NCBI GenBank assembly: GCA_038067655.1
Contig: JBBTNS010000058.1
Coordinates: 1-44,044 of the forward strand
Direction: 5' to 3'
Length of the DNA stretch: 44,044 nucleotides
Source: Nitrospirota bacterium
GTDB taxonomy: Bacteria; Nitrospirota; Nitrospiria; SBBL01; SBBA01
A program made the translations under genes and the position numbers. The notes under the pieces were generated by a model that saw only the letters and a program-made list of their open reading frames with translations, was not told the DNA's origin and searched no databases. Shown here piece by piece: positions 28,030 to 37,993 of this stretch (position 1 is the first letter of the stretch; every line of letters begins with the position of its first letter).

Positions 28030-30545
28030 TACACAACAATGTTAATCAATTGTGACTTAATGACAAAAATTTTCTTAATCGGCAAATTGCCAATCGCGGT
28101 AATCACCTTGGGATCAGAGAGCGCCGTTTTCTTCAACACTTCTTCATCTGTTCCTGCCGCCTCGATAAACTTGGTCTTGATTTTGCCATTGACCTGAACG
28201 ACCACCTCCACCGTTTCCGACTCTGTCCATGCCGGGTCATACACGGGCCACGAAATTTGACTAATCGACGGGAGGTGTCCTAAGTGCGCCCAAAGGGCCT
28301 CCCCTAAATGCGGCGCAAAGGGAGAGATTAAAACAACCAGTTTTTCCATGGCATCTCGTAATACGCGCTGATACGTCAAATCATCTTTTTCCTCAACAGA
28401 ACGATTGCCAATCTCGTGCGAGAGAAAATTATAAAACTCCATGAGGCCGGAAATGGCGGTATTAAAACAAAACTTCTCTGTATCTTCTGTGACGCGCTTG
28501 ATCGTTCGCTGTGTCATCCGATAAATCGCTTTTGTTCCAGACGAGGCATTGATAACAACCTCTCCTCGAACTGGTTCTTGTGAAGAACAAGCAGGCGGAA
28601 CCTGCTCATAAACCATCTTACAAACCCGTGTCAAAAATCGAGACGCCCCCTGCACACCTTCATCGCTCCAGACCAAATCTTTTTCAGGCGGCGCCGCAAA
28701 GAGAGAGAATACCCGTGTCGTATCGGCTCCGTACTCATTAATCAGATGATCGGGATCAACCACATTTCCTTTTGATTTGGACATTTTGGCGTTGTCTTTA
28801 ATCACCATCCCTTGTGTCAAAAGGTTTAAAAACGGCTCCCGAATTTGAGTCAGTCCCAAATCGGCAATCACCTTTGTAAAAAATCGCGCGTAGAGCAAAT
28901 GCAAAATGGCATGTTCAATACCACCGATATATTGCGTCACCGGAAGCCACTTTGCAGCTTGATTCGGATCAAATGGATTTCCTGTTTCATGGGGTGAGAC
29001 ATATCGTAAGAAATACCAAGACGAATCAAAAAAGGTGTCCATGGTATCGGTCTCGCGGCGGGCAGGCTTCTGACACTTGGGGCAGTCAACCTTTATAAAC
29101 GACGGGGATTGAAGCAGAGGAGATACTCCCTTCCCCGAAAACGGAATGTCGGAAGGAAGCAGTACGGGTAAATTAGAAAGCGGAACGGGAACAACACCGC
29201 ACGTCTCGCAGTAAATCATTGGGATGGGGGTTCCCCAGTAACGCTGACGCGAGATGCCCCAATCGCGGAGACGGTAATAAATTTTTTCCTGCCCCAGCCC
29301 TTCCTTCTCAACATACCGGCAGATCGCCTTCTTGGCAGCATCTGGGTCAAGACCAGTAAAGATATTCGAAGAGACAAGAACCCCATCGGATTCGACGAAC
29401 GCTTCAGAAAGAGGAAGAACAAGCGATTGTGCTTTGTTTTGAATCACCAAGCGAATTGGAAGATTGTATTTCGTCGCAAATTCAAAATCGCGTTGATCGT
29501 GCGCGGGAACGGCCATAATAATGCCGGTGCCATATTCCATCAACACAAAATTTGCTGTAAAGATCGGGATTTTTTCATGGGTCAATGGGTGAATTGCATA
29601 AGCCCCCGTAAAAAGGCCCTCTTTCTCGACGGTCAATGAGGTCGAAACCGTTTTGTCTTGCTGTTTTATTTTTTCGATGAACGACAACACTGCGTTTTCT
29701 TGATCCTTTCCCGCAATCAGGGGGAGAAGTAACGGGTGTTCCGGCGCAATGCAAAGAAAAGTGACCCCCAATAAGGTATCGGGGCGGGTCGTAAAAATTG
29801 TTAGCGATTCATTGGGGCGATCATCTAGAGGAAAATGCACTTCCAATCCGCTGCTTTTCCCAATCCAGTTTTTCTGCATTAAAAGTACGCGTTCAGGCCA
29901 GCCGGTCAGCGTTTCGGCACTGGATAAAAGCTCCTCCGCATAATCGGTAATTTTGAGAAACCATTGATTCAGCCGCTTTTGAACCACTTGACTTGAACAG
30001 CGCCAGCATTCCCCGTCGATGACTTGTTCATTGGCCAAGACTGTTTCGCACGAGGGGCACCAGTTAACCGTCCCCTCTTTTTGATAGGCGAGTCCGCGTT
30101 CAAACATCTTGATAAAAAGCCACTGATTCCAGCGATAGTAATCGGGCAGACAGGTTGTCACCTCTCGATCCCAATCATAGGAAAGTCCTAACTTTCCCAA
30201 CTGGGCACGCATCGCGGCAATATTTTTGAGTGTCCATTCGGCGGGTGGAACCTTTTGCTTGATGGCTGCGTTCTCGGCTGGCAAGCCGAAGGCGTCCCAA
30301 CCCATTGGATGAAGCAGGGCAAATCCGCGCATCGTTTTGAATCGTGCGATTAAATCACCAATCGCATAAACCCGGACGTGGCCCATATGAATTCGGCCGG
30401 ACGGATACGGAAACATCTCCAGACAATAATATTTTGGTTTTTCAGAATTTTCGTTGACCCGAAAGGTTTGATGTTCCTTCCAATAGCCCTGCCAGTGCGC
30501 TTCAATTTCTTTGGGTTGATACCCGTTTTCAAATGGGTTAGGCAT
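28029..30545 (-). CDS. leuS: Leucine--tRNA ligase
   Basis: MFPYPSGRIHMGH, GWDAFGLPAEN, DWGISRQRYWG and KMSKSKGN motifs. Confidence 0.98.
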   Translation of the reverse strand: MPNPFENGYQPKEIEAHWQGYWKEHQTFRVNENSEKPKYYCLEMFPYPSGRIHMGHVRVYAIGDLIARFKTMRGFALLHPMGWDAFGLPAENAAIKQKVPPAEWTLKNIAAMRAQLGKLGLSYDWDREVTTCLPDYYRWNQWLFIKMFERGLAYQKEGTVNWCPSCETVLANEQVIDGECWRCSSQVVQKRLNQWFLKITDYAEELLSSAETLTGWPERVLLMQKNWIGKSSGLEVHFPLDDRPNESLTIFTTRPDTLLGVTFLCIAPEHPLLLPLIAGKDQENAVLSFIEKIKQQDKTVSTSLTVEKEGLFTGAYAIHPLTHEKIPIFTANFVLMEYGTGIIMAVPAHDQRDFEFATKYNLPIRLVIQNKAQSLVLPLSEAFVESDGVLVSSNIFTGLDPDAAKKAICRYVEKEGLGQEKIYYRLRDWGISRQRYWGTPIPMIYCETCGVVPVPLSNLPVLLPSDIPFSGKGVSPLLQSPSFIKVDCPKCQKPARRETDTMDTFFDSSWYFLRYVSPHETGNPFDPNQAAKWLPVTQYIGGIEHAILHLLYARFFTKVIADLGLTQIREPFLNLLTQGMVIKDNAKMSKSKGNVVDPDHLINEYGADTTRVFSLFAAPPEKDLVWSDEGVQGASRFLTRVCKMVYEQVPPACSSQEPVRGEVVINASSGTKAIYRMTQRTIKRVTEDTEKFCFNTAISGLMEFYNFLSHEIGNRSVEEKDDLTYQRVLRDAMEKLVVLISPFAPHLGEALWAHLGHLPSISQISWPVYDPAWTESETVEVVVQVNGKIKTKFIEAAGTDEEVLKKTALSDPKVITAIGNLPIKKIFVIKSQLINIVV

Positions 30546-31065
30546 TATAGAACGAACCAAAATCTTTTGGGTGAAGGCGGGAAAGCCACTCGGTCAGATC
30601 ATCTTGCGGCTCTTTTTGATTGAAAACCGACTCCGTCACATAAAGCGGTGCGCCATACCGAAGTGATAGCGCAATCGCGTCAGACGGCCGCGCGTCAATC
30701 TCAAATGACTTTAAAGAAGAGGGCTCCTGCCCCTTTTTGGGTTCCAAGGGCAAACCCCCTTTAGCCGGTTTATCGTGTGCGACCTCCTCTAGGTAAAGTG
30801 CGGCATAATAGGTGTTCCCATTCACATTGTTGATAATTGCTTTATCAAGACGAAAATGCAGCGTGCCTAAAATTTCTTTGAGCAAATCGTGCGTGAGCGG
30901 ACGTGAAACCGCAACATTTTCCATCGTGAGGCGGATCGCGGAGGCCTCGGTTGCCCCGACCCAAATGGGCAGCAACAGCTTGTGTTGTTCATCTCTTAGG
31001 AGAACCACTTGCGCTTCCGTGTTTGGATCCGGCAGGATGGCGTAGACCTTGACTGGAATATTCAT
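30538..31065 (-). CDS. Bifunctional nuclease family protein (DUF151)
   Basis: LPIWVG..EA, RPLTHDL and IDARPSDAIAL motifs. Confidence 0.88.
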   Translation of the reverse strand: MNIPVKVYAILPDPNTEAQVVLLRDEQHKLLLPIWVGATEASAIRLTMENVAVSRPLTHDLLKEILGTLHFRLDKAIINNVNGNTYYAALYLEEVAHDKPAKGGLPLEPKKGQEPSSLKSFEIDARPSDAIALSLRYGAPLYVTESVFNQKEPQDDLTEWLSRLHPKDFGSFYNA

Positions 31066-31658
31066 TCGTTCTCTTCTATCGGCAATTTCCGAATAAGCCC
31101 GCGGCTTGCAACCTCCATGGCCTTCTCAAATGAGGCAGGTACCGTTGGCGCAAACAAAAACAGATAGCCGCGTGATTCCCCAACGCCTTCCCAAAGAATA
31201 TCCCCCTGCTCCATATCCCAAAGCCGCCCGTAAATCGCAACTTGTGTCGCCCCTTCGGCCACCTCGGCCAGTTGCAAGTGAGTTTGAAGAACAAATCGGA
31301 CAGACGTGATTCCTAAAATCGGCTTAAAAGTGCTCTCCTCCAACACCTTCTTCGTCAACGGAAGTGTGAACGAACGATGTGGCAAAGAAACCGATGAGAG
31401 AAACGGAAGATTCGGCACCCGCTCTTTAATCAGCCGATTGAATATTGCGCTTGCGGTGGGGAGATAGGTATCTGCGGAAGATTCTGCTGTCATCTCTAGA
31501 ATCGCCGTATTTTGTTTTTCAATATAATCTCCCCGCAAGAATCCTTTCTGATAGGTTTCCCGCGAAAGATCACTAATACTTGAACACGCTGAAAAAGTGA
31601 ACAGTCCGAATAAGACGATGATTTTAATTGTCTTCGACATACTCGTATGATACCTCAT
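31062..31658 (-). CDS. Hypothetical lipoprotein
   Basis: Lipobox FSAC after a hydrophobic stretch; coupled to both neighbouring genes. Confidence 0.7.
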   Translation of the reverse strand: MRYHTSMSKTIKIIVLFGLFTFSACSSISDLSRETYQKGFLRGDYIEKQNTAILEMTAESSADTYLPTASAIFNRLIKERVPNLPFLSSVSLPHRSFTLPLTKKVLEESTFKPILGITSVRFVLQTHLQLAEVAEGATQVAIYGRLWDMEQGDILWEGVGESRGYLFLFAPTVPASFEKAMEVASRGLIRKLPIEENE

Positions 31659-31659
31659 T

Positions 31660-33162
31660 TTACTTCTTTTTCAAAACCACCCAGATCATAAAACCCATCA
31701 TGATGAGAAGGTTCCCGATTGCAAAGAAATCGCCATGGCGGGTGTAGATCGTTTTCCTCATTCCCAGTGAAAGCGAATGTAATAATGCCGCATCCTTAAA
31801 AAGAGGGCTCGTTTGTAAAATCTTGCCATGCGCATCAATAAACCCAGAAATGCCTGTATTGGCAGCGCGAGCAAACGGCACCCGATTTTCAATCGCACGG
31901 AAAACAACCATCGAGAAATGTTGATCGGGAGCCGCCGAATCTCCAAACCAGGCATCGTTCGTAATGGTCACCATCAAATTCGCACCGTTTTGTGCAAAAC
32001 GACGAACCACTTCGGGGAAGATCACCTCAAAGCAGATCGCCGTTCCGATCTTCGCAGACGACATCTCAAAGACTTTTGCTGTCTCACCGGGAATAAACTC
32101 ACCAATTCCCGTCACCATTTTATCCACGAAGAAAAGAAGCGATTTCAGCGGCACATACTCTCCAAACGGCACCAGATGGATTTTATCGTATCTTTCGGCT
32201 GAGCCTCCAGATAGAAGATATGCCGAATTTAAAAGTGAAATCTGCCCCAAAGGCGTTTCCAAAAAAGCAGGCGAGCCGAATAAAAGCGAAAAATTCCCCC
32301 TTCGCGAAAGTACGCCCAATCTTTCTTGGTACAAAGGTTCATTCTGAAAAAAAACAGGCAAGGCCGCCTCCGGCCAGACCACCAAATCGGCACGATTTGA
32401 AAAGGTGCGCGACAATCGTTCATATTTCGCAACAATGGTCTCGCGCAGATTCGGCGACCATTTTCCTGATTGATCAATATTCCCTTGAATCACTGCGACA
32501 GTAATGGGATCACCCCTTCCCATCGGCTGACTCAGACGATACGTTCCATATAAAAACGAGATGGCCAAAACGGAAAAAAGGATTGCAGTGGGGTAGATCG
32601 CTAATTGCCTTTTCTGCCATGCGGTTTGTGCTATTAAATAGAGGCTGACGTTGATCAAAATAATCATGAAGCTAACACCATACACCGATGTGATATCGGC
32701 AATCTGAATCAGAGATATATTGCGATATTGCGAATATCCCAATATATTCCATGGAAAACCGGTTAGAAGATGTCCTCGCAAATATTCTAATCCGGTCCAG
32801 AAAACTGGAGCCATCGCCCATGATAAATCGCTTTTAAAGAGCCGAAGCAGTCCTGTGAAAAATGCAACATAGAGCGAAAGATAAGCCGATAGAAGAAACA
32901 TGAGCGGGAAGCTGATGAATTTGGAAAGGCCTCCATACTGCTCCATGCTGATGGTGACCCACGAGAGGCTGCCTGCAAAGTAAACCATCCCTGCAATCCA
33001 CCCAAGCAGGAACGATTTTTTAGGGGTTTGTCCTTCAGAGGCATAAAAAAGAGGGATGACAGCGATAAAGGCAAGCCACGGAAAATTCCAACGTGGAAAT
33101 GACAGAGCCAACAGCATCCCGGAAAGGAGTGCGAGTGTAATTATTTTTTTAGAACATAACAT
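31660..33162 (-). CDS. lnt: Apolipoprotein N-acyltransferase
   Basis: GFPW, QGNI, WPEAA, YDKIHLVPFGEY, ICFE, TNDAWFG and RAANTG motifs. Confidence 0.96.
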   Translation of the reverse strand: MLCSKKIITLALLSGMLLALSFPRWNFPWLAFIAVIPLFYASEGQTPKKSFLLGWIAGMVYFAGSLSWVTISMEQYGGLSKFISFPLMFLLSAYLSLYVAFFTGLLRLFKSDLSWAMAPVFWTGLEYLRGHLLTGFPWNILGYSQYRNISLIQIADITSVYGVSFMIILINVSLYLIAQTAWQKRQLAIYPTAILFSVLAISFLYGTYRLSQPMGRGDPITVAVIQGNIDQSGKWSPNLRETIVAKYERLSRTFSNRADLVVWPEAALPVFFQNEPLYQERLGVLSRRGNFSLLFGSPAFLETPLGQISLLNSAYLLSGGSAERYDKIHLVPFGEYVPLKSLLFFVDKMVTGIGEFIPGETAKVFEMSSAKIGTAICFEVIFPEVVRRFAQNGANLMVTITNDAWFGDSAAPDQHFSMVVFRAIENRVPFARAANTGISGFIDAHGKILQTSPLFKDAALLHSLSLGMRKTIYTRHGDFFAIGNLLIMMGFMIWVVLKKK

Positions 33163-33368
33163 TGAATGGTCGTGCCCTCCTCAACAATCTGAAGCAGTTC
33201 ATGTCCGGAATTTTCACACCAAACCACCATATCTTTTTTAACACCGATATCATCGGAAAGCACTAAAAGAATCTGTCCTGCGATCATCTCTTTGATTTTC
33301 TTCGATGTTAAAATCACGGGCAACGGACAAAACAATCCGAGCGTATCTAGTGTTACATCCGAGGTCAT
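33141..33368 (-). CDS. tusA: TusA-family sulfur carrier
   Basis: LDTLGLFCPLP motif; directly downstream of the cysteine desulfurase. Confidence 0.88.
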   Translation of the reverse strand: MTSDVTLDTLGLFCPLPVILTSKKIKEMIAGQILLVLSDDIGVKKDMVVWCENSGHELLQIVEEGTTIQCYVLKK

Positions 33369-34561
33369 CGTGATTGGCTGCTCGCAGCGGACGCTCCGCC
33401 AGATAATTCGGAATAAATCGGAGAGATTTCTTGAAGTGACGAAACCACTTCGGGAAAGACCGAAAGCACGGTATCAATATCCTCGCGTGTTGTGTCTTTC
33501 CCCAAACTCATCACAATTGCTCCTTGCGCAATGTTGGCCGGATACCCTATCGCGGTGAGTGTCGGTGATATTTTAAGCGCGTCCGCACTGCAAGAGGAGC
33601 CTGCGGCCGCAATAATACCGCTTCGAGAAAGCGCGCGAATCAATGCCTCTCCATCTACATATTCCACGGCAAAACTTGCAATATGCGGCAAACGATATTG
33701 CCGGTCACCCGTCAGATGAATCCGATTGACCTTTTTAATCAACCCAGAAATAAGATGATCCCTTAAATTAGAAAGCCGTTTGTGTTCATGGGTTAGATTT
33801 TCTCTTGCCGCCTTTCCCGCAACGCCCATGCCAACGATGGCTGGCACATTTTCTGTTCCGGCTCGGCGGCCCCCTTCTTGAATCCCCCCGTCAATTAAGG
33901 GGAAAATGCGTGTGCCGCGCCGAAGATAAAGCGCCCCCACCCCTTTTGGGCCATAAAACTGCTGGGCCGAAAAACCCGCCAGATCAACCCCCAATGAATT
34001 AATATCAAATGGAATCACCCCAACCGTTGCCGCCGCATCGGTATGAAAGGGCACTCCTGAAGCATTCGCAATTTTCGCAATTTCTTGTATGGGTTGAATG
34101 GTCCCGATCTCATTATTCGCGTGGGCGATAGAAATCAATACCGTCTCTTTACAAATTGCGTTTTTAACATCGGCAGGATTGACGCGTCCCGTTTGATCAA
34201 CCGGCAGCCAGGTCACCTGATAGCCTTCTTGCTCCATGCGTTTGATCGGATGTGCAACGGAAAAATGTTCGATCACCGAGGTAATAATATGCCGCCCCCT
34301 TTTTTTATGGGAAGACAGGATTCCCTTGATGGCAAGATTATTTGCTTCAGAAGCTGAGGCGGTAAAAATGATTTCGCGCGGATCGGCACCAATGAGTTCG
34401 GCAATGGATTTTCGTGCCGTCTCGATAGCCGCTTTGGGCGCATCTCCGACCTCATGGCGGCTTTGCGGGTTGCCGAAAGATTCGTCCCAGAAGGGCATCA
34501 TCGCATCTTTGGCCGCTGTCAAAAGCGGTGTGGCGGCGATATGATCTAAATAGATGGGCAC
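33365..34561 (-). CDS. iscS: Cysteine desulfurase (IscS/NifS group I)
   Basis: YLDHIAATP, ANNEIGTIQ, RAGTENV and AGSSC motifs. The GTG start lies inside a MITE end. The PLP-lysine motif reads SAQQFYGPKG (see findings). Confidence 0.85.
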   Translation of the reverse strand: MPIYLDHIAATPLLTAAKDAMMPFWDESFGNPQSRHEVGDAPKAAIETARKSIAELIGADPREIIFTASASEANNLAIKGILSSHKKRGRHIITSVIEHFSVAHPIKRMEQEGYQVTWLPVDQTGRVNPADVKNAICKETVLISIAHANNEIGTIQPIQEIAKIANASGVPFHTDAAATVGVIPFDINSLGVDLAGFSAQQFYGPKGVGALYLRRGTRIFPLIDGGIQEGGRRAGTENVPAIVGMGVAGKAARENLTHEHKRLSNLRDHLISGLIKKVNRIHLTGDRQYRLPHIASFAVEYVDGEALIRALSRSGIIAAAGSSCSADALKISPTLTAIGYPANIAQGAIVMSLGKDTTREDIDTVLSVFPEVVSSLQEISPIYSELSGGASAASSQSR

Positions 34562-34697
34562 CTCTATAAACCTACTGCGCGGACAAACTGCTGTGTTGCA
34601 CGGTGCTCGGAATCCTCATGTACTAAACGTACACTACGGTTCCTGTGCGCCGTGCGCCTTGCATTTTGACCGCTCGTGACGGTTTTTAGAGGTGCCC
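34556..34697. mobile_element. 142-bp MITE with 16-bp terminal inverted repeats and a 4-bp AGAT target-site duplication
   Basis: GGGCACCTCTATAAAC ... GTTTTTAGAGGTGCCC; AGAT at 34552-34555 and 34698-34701; internal imperfect palindrome. Confidence 0.88.
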
Positions 34698-34706
34698 AGA
34701 TTTTTC

Positions 34707-35228
34707 TCATGCGAGAGCAGCGGAAGGGTTTTCTCTTTCTAAAACGCCGATATAGGGCAGATTCCGATATCGGTCTTTGTAATCTAATCCATATCCAACC
34801 ACAAACCGATCTGGTGCTGTGAAGCCAATATAATCAATATCTACCCCGACCACTCTGGCACTCGGTTTATCCAGCAGCGTGCAAAGCCGAAGCGATTTTG
34901 GATTTCTTGCCAATAAGGCCTTTTTTAAAAAAGAGCCGGTTGCGCCGGAGTCCACAATATCTTCTACGATGAGGACGTGCCGATCTGTAATATTCTCCGT
35001 AAGATCAGAAATCACTTTTTGTTTGGAGATGACAAGAAAGTCAACCTGTATTGAAAGGGAGACCGCGCGTGAAAGATCGGCAAAAAAAGCGTACGCGCCT
35101 CTTAATACGCCGACCATGAGCAATTCCTGATTGGCATAATCTTTTGAAATTTGCAAGCCCAGTTCAGCCACACGGCTTTTAATGGCGGCCTGTGTAAAAA
35201 TCACTTTTCCAAAAACACGATCTTCCAT
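34707..35228 (-). CDS. hpt: Hypoxanthine phosphoribosyltransferase
   Basis: GVLRGA..FFADL, VLIVEDIVDSG and FVVGYGLDY...RNLPYI motifs; loop II is shortened. Confidence 0.88.
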   Translation of the reverse strand: MEDRVFGKVIFTQAAIKSRVAELGLQISKDYANQELLMVGVLRGAYAFFADLSRAVSLSIQVDFLVISKQKVISDLTENITDRHVLIVEDIVDSGATGSFLKKALLARNPKSLRLCTLLDKPSARVVGVDIDYIGFTAPDRFVVGYGLDYKDRYRNLPYIGVLERENPSAALA

Positions 35229-35330
35229 TTATTTAATCCAGCGATGATTCAACAATCGGAGCCATGAACCCTGCCTCCTTCTTTTCATTATAGCTCATTT
35301 TGGGACAGCTTGAAGTGACTGAATGTTACT

Positions 35331-37163
35331 TCAAACCATGGTCTTATCATTCAAGCCCCGCAGTAGGTTATGAGAGGTGCCCTTTTGCATCTTATCTTCT
35401 GGTGCCAACGGAGAGGTTTCTTCAGCGGGAGAAAGGAAACCGGCCTCCTTAAATCGAATTTTTAACTTTTCATTGTTAGGATCTAGCTTCAGCGAATGTG
35501 TCCATGCCGCTTTTGACTGCTCCTTCTGATTTTCTTTTAAGTAAACCTCTCCCAAATGCTCCAAAATCACTGGATCGTCCGGCGCAAGCGTCACCGCCTT
35601 TTCAAGAAGGAGCAGCGCCTCTTTCATCTTGCCTTGCTTATAATAGGCCCAGCCGAGACTGTCCATCACATAACCATCGTTAGGCTTTATGGTCAACGCA
35701 CGGGTCACTAAAGAGACGGCTTCAGCCAGGAAAATACCGCGATCGGCATAAGTATAGCCCAGGTAATTCAGCGCCATCACATGCTGTTCATCGAGTGAGA
35801 TGGCGCGTTTCATTTCTGAAACCAGATCGTCAAATTGGTTTAATTTGTCATAAACAACCCCCAGATGAAAATGGAAATCGGGATTATTGGGGGCAATTGC
35901 GATTCCCTTCAAAAGAGAATCGCGTGCTTCGGAAAATCGTTCCAATTCATACAACACCAAGGCGTTGAAGAGATAGGCCTCCTCTTTTTTTGGATCCATC
36001 GCAACTGCACGCTCTCCTTCTGCCAACGCCTCTGGAATCTTTTTTAATCGATAGAAGTAAATTCTTCCCAACCGAAGATGAATCTCGTAAGAATCTTCAT
36101 CTCGCAGCGGACGCTCCGCTTTTTGAAGCAATTCCTGATACGTTTGGATGGCCGCTTCATAATTTTCAACCCCTTCATAAAGAGACCCGAGATATGATTT
36201 TACATTAAAAGAGGGCGACTCGACCGCCATCATTTGTTTGAGCGCATCTAATGCCTTTTGATATTCTTTTTGTTGTGTCCATAGCAGTGATATTTTCAAC
36301 AAAATATCGGCATTTTTAGGGTCTTCAGCGGACAGTCTATTAAGAACGCCCATCGCTTCACCAAAAGACTTCCGCTCGGATAAGATGTAAGATAGCCTCA
36401 ATCCGGCCTCTTCATGTTCCATATTGTTTTGTTTAAGGATATGCAAGTAGATTTTTTCCGCTTCATCGCGTTTCCCTAAAAGCTCATAGAGAGAAGCCGC
36501 CGAAAGATGCGCTTGTAAAAAGGGGGGATAAAGAGCCGAAGCCTTCTGATAATGTTCAATTCCGTTTTCATATTTATTTTGGCTGGAATAGAGTTTCCCC
36601 AAGTAGTAATGAGCTACATGAGAGGAAGACGCCTCAATCAATCCTTTTTCTACGGTGGCAATTGCATCGCTGACCTTCTGCTCCTTGGCTAAAAATTCAG
36701 CCAAATTTAAATAGCCGTCAATCTCCTTGGGAGACTGTGCAATAATTTTCTCGTATGTTGCGACCACCTTTTCAAGGGCATCGGAAGCCGCATAAAGATC
36801 GGCCAAGAGATTCAATATTTCCTTATCATTTTGCTTGATTGTATTAGCCTTTTCGGCAAAGTCGACCGCTTTTTTTAGATCGCCAACGCGTGCGGCACAG
36901 ACAGCAATCCGTGTCATCAAAAGCGGGGAAACTTCATGACGCTCTGCTTTCTGATAGGCTTTTAACGCCTTCTCAAACTGTCCCGAAGCCTCATACTGTA
37001 GCCCTAACATAACCGAGTAGTACGCCTCGGGAGAAGGAAACGGCATTGATTTTAAATGGGCTGTGGGAGCCGAAACCGAAGGATTTGCGCTAAGTGTTTC
37101 GGATGCGGAACAAACGATCGGGAACAAAATTGCAAAAATGATCAGAAAGAGACGATGTTTCAT
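35331..37163 (-). CDS. Exported tetratricopeptide repeat protein
   Basis: Signal peptide, multiple TPRs, ALNYLGYTYAD and DSLGWAYY...EHLGEVY motifs. Confidence 0.88.
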   Translation of the reverse strand: MKHRLFLIIFAILFPIVCSASETLSANPSVSAPTAHLKSMPFPSPEAYYSVMLGLQYEASGQFEKALKAYQKAERHEVSPLLMTRIAVCAARVGDLKKAVDFAEKANTIKQNDKEILNLLADLYAASDALEKVVATYEKIIAQSPKEIDGYLNLAEFLAKEQKVSDAIATVEKGLIEASSSHVAHYYLGKLYSSQNKYENGIEHYQKASALYPPFLQAHLSAASLYELLGKRDEAEKIYLHILKQNNMEHEEAGLRLSYILSERKSFGEAMGVLNRLSAEDPKNADILLKISLLWTQQKEYQKALDALKQMMAVESPSFNVKSYLGSLYEGVENYEAAIQTYQELLQKAERPLRDEDSYEIHLRLGRIYFYRLKKIPEALAEGERAVAMDPKKEEAYLFNALVLYELERFSEARDSLLKGIAIAPNNPDFHFHLGVVYDKLNQFDDLVSEMKRAISLDEQHVMALNYLGYTYADRGIFLAEAVSLVTRALTIKPNDGYVMDSLGWAYYKQGKMKEALLLLEKAVTLAPDDPVILEHLGEVYLKENQKEQSKAAWTHSLKLDPNNEKLKIRFKEAGFLSPAEETSPLAPEDKMQKGTSHNLLRGLNDKTMV

Positions 37164-37185
37164 GGAAACCTCTGCTGATAATGTA

Positions 37186-37211
37186 GTGCCCCTCTAAAAA
37201 CCGACTGCGCG
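37186..37211. mobile_element. Degenerate end of the same MITE family
   Basis: GTGCCCCTCTAAAAACCGACTGCGCG versus GGGCACCTCTATAAACCTACTGCGCG at 34556. Confidence 0.55.
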
Positions 37212-37287
37212 TTTTTTGAGAACCATGGTTTTATAGTGACACAGCACTTCAAACGGCCACGCGAAACATAACGCCGTACGCAACAGG

Positions 37288-37485
37288 TTACAATAACGGA
37301 TCACGGTCTGTCTTTCGATTTTCTTTAGGGGTTACATCAATTTCGTCCGGCTCTGACATGCCTTTTTTGAAGCCACGCAGGGCTTTGCCAAACCCGATTC
37401 CAATTTCAGGCAGTTTCCCAGCGCCAAACACCACCAATACAATGAGCAAGATCGTCAAAAGTTCCGGCAGCCCAATTCCAAACAT
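37288..37485 (-). CDS. tatA: Twin-arginine translocase TatA/E subunit
   Basis: [10 protein letters not shown]...[21 protein letters not shown]. Confidence 0.93.
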   Translation of the reverse strand: MFGIGLPELLTILLIVLVVFGAGKLPEIGIGFGKALRGFKKGMSEPDEIDVTPKENRKTDRDPLL

Positions 37486-37532
37486 CGCTATTCCCCCTGT
37501 CTCTTGAGTATACGCCGTGCCATAAAAGAGAG

Positions 37533-37970
37533 TCAAACAAACCGGTCACGGCATTTCTTCAGCCTTTTGCAATTGTCCTCCTTAAACGGGCGATCTTGGG
37601 ATGGGACAATCGGATTGAGCATACAAGCCCGCAGGACTTCAAGGTGACTGATCGGCTTACCCCAAACGACCACCTGTTTATCTTCTGCATAGGGTGAAAG
37701 GGCCGCGTCAATATCTTTTAGAAGAATTCTCCCAGAGTGAAAATAATCACGATACATCTTGCTGGAAAGATATCCCTTGCCCTCCAGAAACCATTCGCCC
37801 AACCGCACCGCCTCATCAAAGTGGAGTCGTTCCAGACCATGCAGTGGATTGCGATAAACAAATGTTCGCATCGGAAAGTAAGGCGCGATGATCTCGCTGG
37901 CCAGGCAGATTACCCCCAAAAGGTGCATCTGTTCTGTTTCAGTTGTTGGCGTGTGTTCTGTTTTTCCCAT
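37533..37970 (-). pseudogene. dabA: N-terminal fragment of DabA/MpsB (DUF2309) inorganic carbon transporter subunit
   Basis: IAPYFPMRTFVYRNPLHGLE.L.F..A..GYL...YR.YF..GRI matches the DUF2309 N-terminus. Only 145 codons are present versus roughly 800-1100 aa for intact members, and there is no dabB in the window. Confidence 0.8.
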
Positions 37971-37993
37971 GAGTGCATTTTCAAATAGCCGAG

